From: Malacoraja senta
Lineage: Eukaryota
Direction of reading: 5' to 3'
DNA length: 64,000 nt
Assembly: GCA_038087875.1 (NCBI GenBank)
Contig: CM075989.1
Span: 23,438,001-23,502,000 of the forward strand
Of the stretch, positions 52,481 through 64,000 are shown one piece after another. The notes under the pieces were generated by a model. It worked only from the letters and a program-made list of their open reading frames with translations. It searched no databases and was not told the origin of the DNA. Every line of letters starts with the position of its first letter. The stretch's first letter is position 1. The position numbers and the translations under genes were made by a program.

Positions 52481-53056
52481 CTAAAGAAAACAAGAGGAGT
52501 CAGTCTGACTGGAAGGTAGAAACAGGCATTCTTAATTCAAATATTTCATTTCTAGCTCATTACCCACCCTGTCTGAATAAAGGGCAGATGCAAAGAGTGC
52601 ATCCATTGGAGTGTTTACATTACACCATGGAGTCAACAATCAAGCCATTTTTAAATCATTTTTCTTTAAATTAAAGGATTGGAAGACAGAAAAAAAATTC
52701 CTAGGAGCTCAAAATTGCCCTGATCCTATTTGCCTACTTCTTGCCAAACCTGCAGGTAACATTGCAAATACTGCACATCAAAGCGATGTTACACGTTGTT
52801 AGGTCCGAATGCCGATTCCAGGCTTGAACGCACCAGATTTGCTGACCACCGTCCTCATGGCCTTGTCATAACAAGGCACAACTCTACCCCAAAAAGGGGA
52901 ACGGGCACCCACTCAAAATACTAAAGGTAGGATTGCAACTCCATAGTAAACAACAGCCTTGCCTCAAGGAGTTGCACAATAAAGAAAATCCCACACTGGT
53001 CCTCCAGCAGACCCGTCTAGTTGTGAAAAAGGCATAATTGGGAATGGAGAAATTAC

Positions 53057-53200
53057 CTCATCTGTGTTGTACATGCCCATTCCGACCCCACCTCCTGGAA
53101 AGTCATACACCTCCCACTCCTTAACAGCACTGGCATCCTTTGGAGTGAAGACCAACTTGAATTTTCCTGGTTTGTCCACCACAAAGTCTACAGCTTTGTA
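53057..53200 (-). CDS. IDH2: IDH2 exon 5 (144 nt)
   Basis: [22 protein letters not shown]...[12 protein letters not shown]. Confidence 0.97.
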
Positions 53201-53589
53201 CTGTAAAATAAACTCAAGTTAATCGATTGGAGATGCACAAACATCTAAATAATTTTAAAAAGATAGAAACGAAGAACGAAATTCTATAATATGAAATTGA
53301 TTATTTCAACTCCAATTAAAAGACTGCTGAATGCAAAACAAAATGTATGCACAGGTGTACTACACTGAATGAGACAATGGAATTAAAATAGAAAATTACC
53401 CTTCGTAAATGACATTAAAAAAGGATATGCTGGACGAAAAATATTGGTTTGCATTGAGGGTTACCAAACAGGGCTTGTCTGAATCAACCAGACTAGCAGA
53501 GGCAATAACATTCTTAATGAAATTAGATAAATAAACAGAAATGGTAATGTGGCCATTCCTTGATAGGTCACAATTTCTGAATCACTTAC

Positions 53590-53750
53590 CTGGTCACCAT
53601 GTGCATGTCTGCCAATGGTAATGGGTTTAGCCCAACCGGGAACTAAGCGGGGGATGTTGTTGCAGATTATTGGCTCACGGAAGACTGTACCACCCAAGAT
53701 GTTTCTGATTGTACCATTTGGACTCTTCCACATTTTCTTCAGTTTAAATT
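53590..53750 (-). CDS. IDH2: IDH2 exon 4 (161 nt; catalytic arginines equivalent to human R140 and R172)
   Basis: [29 protein letters not shown]...[15 protein letters not shown] boundaries. Confidence 0.98.
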
Positions 53751-55474
53751 CTGCAAAATCATGAACAATAGAAGTATCAATTTAACAACTTAAAGAATGA
53801 TCAAGTCAAGGTGCATTCACATTTCAACATTTTAAATACAGAAAGGTCTTGCACCACACAAAAGTGAATTAAATGACCTTCTACATGCTTCGAGTTGTAG
53901 TTCAATATCTGACATTGCATTCAAGTTGTAATCGTAACTGCAACATAAACACAAATTAAACTGCTTCATAATTCCTCAATCTCTCTTTTGTGCTTTATAA
54001 CACAAACAGGTGTTTCTGGGCATGTGTTGTCTGCCACCCCATTTCACCTAACGACAATCAGCATCCTCTTCTGGAGACTGGAATCTGAAGCAAAACAAAG
54101 TACTGGAGGAACTCAGCAGGCCAGGCAGCATTGGTGGATGGAAAGGACAGTGTGCCAGGACAGGACTGAAGGGTCCCAGCCCAAAATGTCGTCCGTCCAT
54201 TCCCGCCACATTTGCTACCTGACCTACCGAGTTCCTCCAGGACCGTTTTGCTCAGCATTCTCTTCCAATCCTTTCACACTCTGATCTCCACCTCACCAGT
54301 GCAATATACATCTTATCCACACCATTGGAGTGACAGTCCAATCACTTCTTGCAATAAAGTATTCATTAGTTTTACAAAGGAGACTATTTGGCCATTTGGG
54401 TTTCAAGGTCAGTTTATTGTCACATGTACCAATTAAGGTACAGTGAAATTTGAGCTACCATACAGCCATACTAAATGAAAAGCAAAACACACAACCACAT
54501 AAAGTAAAAGTCAACATAAACATCCACCACAGCTGCTCCCCACATTCCTCACTGTGATGGAAGGTAAAAAGTCCAATTGTCTCCCTCTTTCTTTTCCCGC
54601 AGTTGGGGCTGTCGAACCATCCGTAGTCAGGGCCATCAAAGCTCCAATATCCAAATCCCACTACACCCTTTTCTGCCACCTTGTGTCTCTGGGCTCTCAA
54701 CTCATTTTCTCACATCCACCAACATCTCCAATTATTTTACCCACAGTAATGGATAATTTATAGTAGCCAAATAACCTTCCAGCACACGTTTGGGACATGG
54801 AAGAGGCAAGTACCAGGTGGAAACATGGAGCCATGGAAGAACATGCAAACTCCACACACAAAGCACACAGTCATAATTAAACTGGGGACACTAGAATCAA
54901 GGAAAAAAGTTAAACATGTGCCATACAGACAGCCTTTATATAAATGCACTTTTGCATAATATGAATCTGCTATATCTTTAAAGAGGAAGAAAACTTGCAT
55001 CCTTGCATCAACAGCATGGTTACATTATTGTATCAAAAGCAGTGCAGCATCAGGCAGCATCACACTATTTCCATGGAAAGCAGTGCAGTTATAATAATGC
55101 CGTACTCATCACTCCTACTCAAATTTGGGCTAGTTTTGATGCTTCCATATATTTCTAATGAACACTTTCAATTATAGGACACATCGGGATTTTTTTTCCA
55201 GCCTAGTTTATTTTTGAACAATTATCTCATGTACATATTTATCCTAGATTGACATCATCTTGGCCACAGCATCATCAATAAATTAGGCAATTTGTTTTGT
55301 TAATTGAAGGTTGGCAGAAAATTAGAATCTGGTTTAGTTCAGCCAAATAAGAGACCATTACATTAACTTAGGTCTTCTTATCACCAGGGCAGCAACGTGG
55401 CAGGACTAACATAGCTGACAACTACCAGCAGAGAGCAAATTTCAGAATTTCATTGAGGCAAAATTGATATTAAT

Positions 55475-55558
55475 TAGACCGACATAATGCAAATCTTGAG
55501 GCACTGAAACACTAACTAGACCGACATAATGCAAATCTTGAGGCACTGAAACACTAAC
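55475..55558. repeat. Perfect 42-bp tandem duplication
   Basis: TAGACCGACATAATGCAAATCTTGAGGCACTGAAACACTAAC x2. Confidence 0.9.
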
Positions 55559-55637
55559 TATAGAAATATCAAGAAATAAAATTAATCAGTAGTTAGAGTT
55601 ACTAACTGAAACAGAAAAGAGAAAAGGATGCATTTAC

Positions 55638-55803
55638 CTACTACTCTGTCCTCATCAGGAGTAATTGTAGCACATTTAACCGCAACATGATACTTCTGGG
55701 TTGCTAGTGCAGAGTCAATAGTAACCTGATCATTAGTAGCATCCCGATGTGGCAATCCCAGATCAAAGTACTTCATCTCTACATCAACATTGGAAAGGAT
55801 GAG
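55638..55803 (-). CDS. IDH2: IDH2 exon 3 (166 nt)
   Basis: [59 protein letters not shown] boundaries. Confidence 0.97.
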
Positions 55804-56625
55804 CTAAAATTAAAAAAAAAAGTTTAATTGCAGATAAATAATACTCAGCCATGTAATAGCAAGAAAATTCAGCAGGTTTTCAGTTTCACAATATGTCAGC
55901 AACCAATTGTTTTAATCATGATATACAGTGCCAGTTTTGATGATTCAATAAAAAACAGCATTTCACAGGAATAGGCCCCAAAGCCCACATTACCAAACAT
56001 TTTGACAGCTGACATGACAAATGACACCTGTCTTTCCTATGAGAAATGCAGTCTTTGAGAAAAGCAGTAATTTATTTCCCATAACGGTACACTGTGCTTG
56101 GCCCAGCTACTGCTCTATGCACTGAATGCCCTTCACAGAGCATTAGAAATTAAAAATCTAGAACAGTTGTGTTGTGAGATGATATGGATCTAATTTCCAT
56201 ACGTGGTCACTTCATTAGAAACTCAGTTGCTCAAAGTTTCTGACCTTCCACCCCCACCTCAACTCAATTTTTTCCAAAATTATTTGTTCTTTTCCCCCGC
56301 ATATTTACATCATTAATCAAAAACAAAATCAAAATCATTGAACCACTCCTGCCCATCCATTAAATCTAAAAGTATTCCTTAAAAATTCTACATGTTTAAA
56401 TATCCCCATTTCAATATCCTCTGGCATCAGCGATTTAAAATAGCAGCAGAATCTGAAATTGTGCATTTCCCAATCTCCGATTACATGCCTATGACACACT
56501 CACTACAAACTATTTGCTAACATCTTGTTAGAAAAATATTTACCCTCGAACTCAAAGAAAATTGTTAGTGTTAAATAAAAGCTCAAATCTTCAGCCCACT
56601 TTAAAACTCTTTACATTACATATTA

Positions 56626-56784
<159 letters not shown>

Positions 56785-59159
56785 TCAAATAAAGGCTGCT
56801 TAGTCAAATAATCCAATCATTCAATCATTAAAATTAAGACCATCTATTGAGAACATCTTATTCAATATGGGTTTAAATGTTGTAATTGTTCTTTCCATCT
56901 TAAGTAAAATTGAAGTTTGTGCTGTCTTTGAAAGTATCACAAATTAGGATTTCCAACTGCAGCAAACCAGATCTACAGTTGCCAATGAAAGGGCAGGATC
57001 CACAGATGAACAGTTTACAGTAATGATGTTTGAAAGAGAGAAATGTAGTATTGCAGTTTGTTACATTTGATTATAATCTAGGAAACCATTGATAAGTTAC
57101 TTTCAGGACTATCAATGAAAATAGAGGCAATTTTAATAAACTGTAACCTCAGAACTACGGACATCAACCTGAAAAACGAAAGCAAGATTCTTCCCAATGT
57201 TTCAAAAACAGCAGAAAAAAAGTGCAATGGATTTCTTAGCAATGTTTAGACGCAAATCAAAAACCTCAGTAGTTTCAAGGTTATTGTGAACTTTGAGGGC
57301 AATTATACGCACAGAATGTGTCACTGCTTTGGCATACAGCCAATTCTACATGCCCAGGATTACTCGTGCTAGCTTATAATCGTCTACTCGTGGAAAAGGA
57401 GCAAGATATTTACAGTGACATTTGAAGGTCGCATTATTTGCAGCAAAAAGCCAATGTCCAAACAGTCATTTAAAAAACTCAAAATAGAAATAAAGTAATT
57501 TTAGAAAAGGTATTAGTTTTGATTCAACAAAATCAAGACGATGTTCTGAATCATGAAATGTGTGGCACGCAGAAAAGAAAGCATATTAAGAATATAAGAG
57601 ATACAAGGAACTGCAAATGTTGGTTTATACAAAATAACAAGTGCTGGTATAATTCAGCAGGTCAGGCAGCATCAAACATGGATGATGTTTTGGGTTGGGC
57701 ACCTTCTTCAGATTGATTTTGGTGGTGGGGGGGGGGGAGGGGAAGATAGGAGGGAGAAGTTAGAAGAGAGGTGATGGCAGAACAAAGCCTGATGTGTTCA
57801 GGGCCTGATCTCCAGAAATACTAGATTGCATTGCAATGTTAACTACAAAAAAGATACTGCAGATATACTTCACACATTACTCTTCAAGTAGAATGCAGTT
57901 ACAGTTGAAGCAGCATTGTTTTGCACAGGCTGCATTATTATCTGATTAAAACCTTTTTTTAAAGCAGAGGGTCAAGTCAATGTTATAACCCAGCCTTGAC
58001 CTACCAGCTAGGGACTCCACTTACATGATAGAAATCAAATAATCAGAATATCGTCGTTGATCAGATATACAAGTAGGCACGTGCTAATTTCTTACAGTTC
58101 TACTTGCCCTTGTATCTGAAAGCATCATATTGGCCTCTGATGACGCATTGCAAGGTTAAACACAGTTAAAGGGAAATTAAATGGGACAAATACAGCAGCT
58201 TTTCCCTCTGGCTGGGAGCCGAGAAAGAGATCAGAAAGTTTTAAAATGTAGACTTAAACCACTGAGAAATTAGAAAACACTTTACAAATGCAAATAAGAA
58301 AGTAGTTGATAAAATTTCAAGAAAGCAGATTGTTAGATTGTTAATTTGTTAGATTAAGAATATCAAGGGACTTGGCATAAAATTAGTAGAGATATGATTG
58401 CCAGTAGTTTAATTTAGTGGCAGTGCATCGATCAGAAGTTGATTGGCTTTCTGCTCCCATGTGAAATTAATGAGGCCATGGATAATAAGGCACAGGAAAA
58501 TGGGAAAGCACAGATGTCTTCAATACCTTTCAAACTAAATATGTATCAAGTTTTCCACTGCATTTTTGTTCTCAACTCTGCACAAGTGGTGTTTTGAATA
58601 TTCACATCCACTGCTGCATTAAAAATGTTAATATTAGAATGCGAGAATGATTTGGATTTGAGTTTCACAATATTCCTCAAGAGTAGCCAGAGGGTGAGAG
58701 AAAAACACGTGACAGCCTATGGAAATGGACTAAAGTTAAATTTTAGCAATACTAAAAATTAATTTTATACTTGGTGGTAAACGACAGAAGAATTAACAAT
58801 TATAATCTAAAAATTCCCCAAAGAAAAACTGTGACACAAGGAAGCCTTTATTTATCACTATGATTAAAAATCATCCAAAAGCAACATCTTGCAAAAGCTG
58901 GAAACAAGCAATAAAAAGACATATGATCATTTGTTGGCGGGTTAGGTTTTGGCTGAAGAGAAAAATGAAAATAATATTTCAGGCCAATGTCCTCCCATCA
59001 GAACAGAAGTCAGCAGATGAATGGCTAAGATGCATGGATGCCAAGTGAGAAGTCTGCGATTGGATAGGAGGCACAAATTTGATTAAATGACAGAAAAGTT
59101 ACAGGGAAAGGTGAAATAATAATAAATGAGAGCAACATAGTTAAGACACAAAAAACAAA

Positions 59160-59230
59160 TTATCTGAAATTGTTGAATTCATTATTCAGGCTTGAAGTCT
59201 GCAATGTGTTCAGCCAGAAGATGAGGTGGC
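59160..59230 (-). mobile_element. Old Penelope-like ORF C-terminus remnant
   Basis: Translates HLIFWLNTLQTSSLNNEFNNFR*, resembling the GIY-YIG ORF end. Confidence 0.55.
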
Positions 59231-59879
59231 ATTTTGAAACAGTATAAAAGGTTGAGGATGGTGCCAGCACGAAATCAGGAGAGAATAAAAATGTAACCCA
59301 CACTCCAGTATACCACTCTTCATTTTTAAAAATAGAAGTCAGGCCTGCAGTCAGTTGAGAGATTTAAAAATCGCATCAGCAACCAATTCGAGATTAATCT
59401 GGAATAAGCACTTTAGCAATAACAAGTGAGAATAAATTTGACCAATGCATTAATCTCAATGAACTGTTTTAACTGTACAATCCAGAGAAAAGGGTAGCAT
59501 TTACAACGAACCAATCCCATACATGGGATCAGATTACAAGAACTCTGAAATTCAATCCGTAGCGCCCATTCAAACGGCACATTATGCGAAAGACACGGAT
59601 TTTAAACGGATTTTCCAGCCGGATTCCACTTCATAATCAATGTCATTTACTGCCATTGATTAAAATGTTACAAGAGTGTCATTTTTTCCACGCACTGAAA
59701 GCTTCCAGGTTAAAAGAGCGACCGGGGATTGTGCAGCACATGTCCTCTCCTTTCATAAAAGGAGGGAGGGCATTGGGAATATAACATGCCGGGAGTAGCG
59801 GAAGGGAAAGGCTCACAAAGCGGATTACTGCAGCAGATGCGGGAAACCGCTGAGTGAGACGGCCACGTCAATGGGAGAA

Positions 59880-61013
59880 AAGGGGAGGGGAGAGAGGAGA
59901 GGGGTAGGAAGGGGAGAGGGGGAAGGGGAAGGGGAAGGAAAGGAGAGTGGGGGAGGTGAGAGGGGGGGGTTGAAGGGGGGAGGGAAGGGGAGGGGACGAC
60001 GACGGGGAAGGAAAGAGGAGGGGGGAGGAGAGTGGGGGGGGTAGACGAGAGTGGGGGGGAGGAGAGCAGAGTGGGGGGGGGAGAGGAGAGTGGGGGGAGG
60101 AGAGGAGAGTGGGGGTGGGGGGGAGGAGAGTGGGGGTGGGGGGGAGGAGAGTGGGGGTGGGGGGGAGGAGAGTGGGGGTGGGGGGAGGAGAGTGGGGGTG
60201 GGGGGGGAGGAGAGTGGGGGTGGGGGGGGAGGAGAGTGGGGGTGGGGGGGGAGGAGAGTGGGGGTGGGGGGGGAGGAGAGTGGGGGTGGGGGGGAGGAGA
60301 GTGGGGGTGGGGGGGAGGAGAGTGGGGGTGGGGGGGAGGAGAGTGGGGGTGGGGGGGAGGAGAGTGGGGGTGGGGGGGAGGAGAGTGGGGGTGGGGGGGA
60401 GGAGAGTGGGGGTGGGGGGGAGGAGAGTGGGGGTGGGGGGAGGAGAGTGGGGGTGGGGGGGAGGAGAGTGGGGGTGGGGGGGAGGAGAGTGGGGGTGGGG
60501 GGGAGGAGAGTGGGGGTGGGGGGGAGGAGAGTGGGGGTGGGGGGGAGGAGAGTGGGGGTGGGAGGAGAGGAGAGTGGGGGGTGGGAGGAGAGGAGAGTGA
60601 GGGGGTGGGAGGAGAAGAGAGTGAGGGGGTGGGAGGAGAGTGAGGGGGGGAGAGGAGAGTGAGGGGGGGAGGAGAGGAGAGTAGGGGGGGGAGGAGAGTG
60701 GGGGTGGGAGGAGAGGAGAGTGGGGGGGGGAGGAGAGGAGAGTGGGGGGGGGAGAGAGAGAGTGGGGGGGGGAGAGAGGAGAGTGGGGGGGGGAGAGAGG
60801 AGAGTGGGGGGGAGAGAGGAGAGTGGGGGGGGGAGAGAGAGGAGAGTGGGGGGGGGGGGAGAGAGAGGAGAGTGGGGGGGGGGAGAGAGGAGAGAGGAGA
60901 GTGGGGGGGGGGAAGGAGAGGAGAGTGGGGGGTGAGAGGAGAGGAGAGTGGGGGGGGAGGGGAGAGGAGAGGAGAGGGGGGGGGGAGAGGAGAGGAGAGT
61001 GGGGGGGGGGGAG
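59880..61013. repeat. G-rich minisatellite (~19-20-bp unit GGAGAGTGGGGGTGGGGGG(G)A) in IDH2 intron 1
   Basis: More than 20 near-identical units at 60100-60560, with degenerate flanks. Confidence 0.92.
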
Positions 61014-61436
61014 GTATGTAGGGAGGTTGGTTCCCGGCGCGGCGCCGCCGACCTTGAGTTGACCTCCTAGGGGAGCAAGGACATTGTAACGGGCCGGTCA
61101 CTGCGGCTTCCGGAGGACCGCCGACCCGACCTCCACTCCCGCAGACTTCCACCACCGTCGTCTTCCCACCACTACCCGGGCCTATTGGCTGCAAGCGCCG
61201 GGGGTCGGGGGGTGAGCCGAGGGCGCAGGAAGGTGGAGGTGAATGGGCCGGCGATGAGCTGCGAGAGGGAGACTGGAGGGAGGGAGGGAGGGAGGGAGCT
61301 GATGGCGGGGAGGGAGGGAGCTGATGGCGGGGAGGGAGAGACGGGGAGAGATGTCCGTCCCGCCATCACGGGGACCCGTTACCGAGTGACAGCGGTCGGC
61401 TCGAGAAGGTGAGGAGAATGCGTCGAACACACTCAC

Positions 61437-61599
61437 AGCTGCGCCTCTGTGCCGCCTGGCAGAGTGCGGGAGCCGCTGCTGCCGCCGCCACCGCCGCTGT
61501 AGTGTTGGGCTGGCGGCTGATGCCGGTGCCGGTGCCGATGCCGATGCCAGTGCCAGTGCCAGTGCCGAGCCGGCTCCATGCCCTGAGGTAAGCCGCCAT
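61437..61599 (-). CDS. IDH2: IDH2 exon 1 (mitochondrial targeting peptide)
   Basis: MAAYLRAWSRL...AAQRRS; donor AGCT|GTGAGT, phase 1; lies in a CpG island; Arg-containing peptide with no acidic residues. Confidence 0.9.
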
Positions 61600-61990
61600 C
61601 TCTCCCGCTGCCTTTGTCGACTACTCTGCTGCTTCGCGCCGCCCTCGACCACGCGCCACGCGCGCGCTTTGCACCCGCCGCCCGGCACTTTGACCGGCTC
61701 TCGTACGTGCGTGCGCCCGCGCTCCGCCCGGCGTGCTTACGTCGGCCGCCATCCCATCCCCCCCCCCCCGACCAACCATTGGCCTAGTATTCCGGCTGGG
61801 GTGGGGGGGGGAGGAGCGACGGAGGACGCTGACGTCAGCGCGCCGGGCCCTCCTCGACTCGGGGGGAAGGGGGAAGGGGGGGGGGAGGGGTCGCTGACGT
61901 CAGCGCGCCGGGTCCCCGTCCCCCCACCGCCCGGCCGTTATGAAGACGTCCTCACTTGTCGCGCCATTTGCCCTGGAGCGGCATTACTAA
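61600..61990 (-). promoter_or_regulatory. IDH2: IDH2 CpG-island promoter / 5'UTR with duplicated CRE
   Basis: CpG-rich; TGACGTCA at 61830 and 61895; TACGTG at 61704; CGCCATTT (YY1-like) at 61962; GC boxes. Confidence 0.75.
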
Positions 61991-62262
61991 AGCCGCTATA
62001 GGATCTTTGGGCATTATACTCACTCATCACACACATCTTTTGGCTGCGGAAGAGATATCCAGGTAAATATTCCTGGATGTTCTTAGAAGGTTCCTTGAAT
62101 TAAAAAAATAAACATGAGGTAAAAAGGCATTTGGACAGGTAGACACCTCGACTCAGGTAGACAATAATTGCTAGCATATACTTCAAGAGGGCTAGAATAC
62201 AAAAAAACAGGGATGTAATGATTAGTGCGGGTGTCAGGAGAATATGGGGAGAAGGCAGGAGA

Positions 62263-62447
62263 ATTCATTCATTCTTCCCCCGCACAATTAAAGCATGGAA
62301 TAATCTTCACCCTGCCATAGTTACTCAACCAGACGCAACTAAATTTAAGGTAGCTCTTCTTCTCCAAGAATCCTTTTTTGTTTAAGTCCACCCTCCGCCA
62401 CCTCCAGTTTAAATTCCATTTTGAATATTTGAGGACCAAGAACCAAG
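62263..62447 (+). mobile_element. LINE 3' end of a different family nested in a CR1 3'UTR
   Basis: SFFPRTIKAWNNLHPAIV...FKVAL; (CCAAGAA)2 tail; host CR1 resumes at ATGGGGTTAGGAGGGAGAG. Confidence 0.65.
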
Positions 62448-64000
62448 AATGGGGTTAGGAGGGAGAGATAGATCAGCCATGATTGAATGGTGGAGTAGAC
62501 TTGATGGGCAGAATGGCCTAATTATGCTCCTATCACTTATGACACAAAAAGCTGAAGTTACTCAGCGGGGCAGGCAGTATTCGTGGAGAGAAGAAATAGA
62601 GCTCACATTGGTATCACAACACCCACTGAAGAAGGGTTCTGACCCGAAACATCACCCATTCCTTCTCTCCAGAGATGCTGCCTGTCCTGCTGAGTTACTC
62701 CAGCTTTTTGTGTCTATCTTTATTGTAAACCAACATCTGCTGTTCCTCCCTACACATTTGGACAGGTACATTAATGGGAAAGGTTTAAAAGAAATGCATA
62801 TGGACCAGTGGGGGTTTTATACATCAGGTTGTGAAGCAGGTCTATCCACAATGTTTATGAACATTTGGACAGTAAATGGACAGGACAGGTTTTATGTGAT
62901 ATGGGCCAAATGCAGGCAGATGGGACAAACAGATGGGGCATGTTGGTTGGTGTGGGCAAAGTTGGGCCAAAGGGCTTGTTTCCACCCTCTATGACAATAA
63001 TAAGAGAATGTGTGCTAATATATGGTGACAGTCTTGCTGAGCTGTATGCCCAAAGACATTTCACTGTGCCTTGGTGCCTACATGAAATGAGCTGGCAGAA
63101 CTATAGTGGCAGGAAAAAATTACAGCGTTTTAAATAAATTCTGCCTGACATGATGAGTTTTTCCAGCACTTAGTGTTTTACTGAAGATTCCAGCATTGTT
63201 AGTTCCTTGTGTTGCTTTGGGACAAGTATGTGGATTGGAAATGTTTGCAGGGATATGGGGTATGTGCAGGCAAGTAGGCTAGCTCAGTAAGGCACCTTGG
63301 TCGACATGTTCTATTGGGCTAAAATACTTGATTCCCTATGCTCCATGGCTCTATGATAACACTGAAACCCCTAATCTATGCATAAGAAGCACGCAAGCCC
63401 AGGGTAAACGACAAGGTGCGCACCACCCACCCATCTCTTCAGGCACCTCCTGCCTCTTGTTCAGAAGGGTTGGTTCATATCTGCCTCATTGACATACACC
63501 CTTTTCTTCCACAGATGCTGCTTGACCTGCTGAACTTGCAGGTTTTAAAGGCAAGTCATCTTCAATCTCGAGGGACTATCCAAGTAGAAGATCCAATAAT
63601 TACCAAGATGAGGGAAATAGGTACAGGACGCTCTTCATCCCATCTAACATTCAATGGAAACAAATACTTTAATTTTTGTGACCTGAAGCCCTTAAGAAAA
63701 GTCCCAACCCAAAACATTACTTATCCCTCCTGAGTTACTTCAGTACTTTGTATCTTTTCTCACTTTAAATTCAGTAGTACTCTACATAACAGGGATATTC
63801 CACAGCACTTTACAGCCAAATAAATCAGGTCAGTATTGTGTAAAATATCAGCAGATAATTTGTGTGCATCAATCTTCCACAAACTTCAATAGATAGCACC
63901 AGATAATCTGTCTTAGTGATGTTGATCATATTACCAGGATACTGCAGATAATCCTGATTAAGTCATGACTAATCCATATCTCAATTCCACTTCTACTCAC

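Noticed and set aside
59710..61194. 494-aa extensin-like Pro/Ser/His ORF and overlapping Gly-rich ORFs
   Set aside because: Stop-free G-rich minisatellite within IDH2 intron 1

Overview
Vertebrate genomic DNA, most likely a cartilaginous fish (skate/ray-like, inferred from the repeat content). It holds two complete, convergent genes. ZNF710 (+) has a CpG-island first exon at ~8.4-8.9 kb and coding exons 24117-25526, 33314-33505, 38590-38764 and 40384-40598, giving 663 aa with 11 C2H2 fingers. Mitochondrial IDH2 (-) has 11 coding exons from 61599 to 45202, giving 468 aa. The rest is repeat-rich: CR1 and Rex1/Babar LINE fragments, tRNA-derived SINEs, a near-intact Tc1 DD34E element between the two 3' ends, two non-autonomous DNA transposons with atypical TSD lengths, microsatellites, G/C-rich tracts and a 200-N gap. 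The most striking structure is a very abundant ~100-200 bp Penelope-derived module (about 30 fragments by eye). It carries a minimal hammerhead-ribozyme-like core (CUGANGA-stem II-GAA-ACGU-C), occurs as inverted pairs and tandem arrays, and is sometimes flanked by 10-15 bp target-site duplications. Other candidates are a pre-miRNA-like hairpin 3' of ZNF710, a hexamer-repeat expansion in the IDH2 targeting peptide, and a strong-Kozak uORF in ZNF710 exon 1. All calls were made by eye, without database searches.
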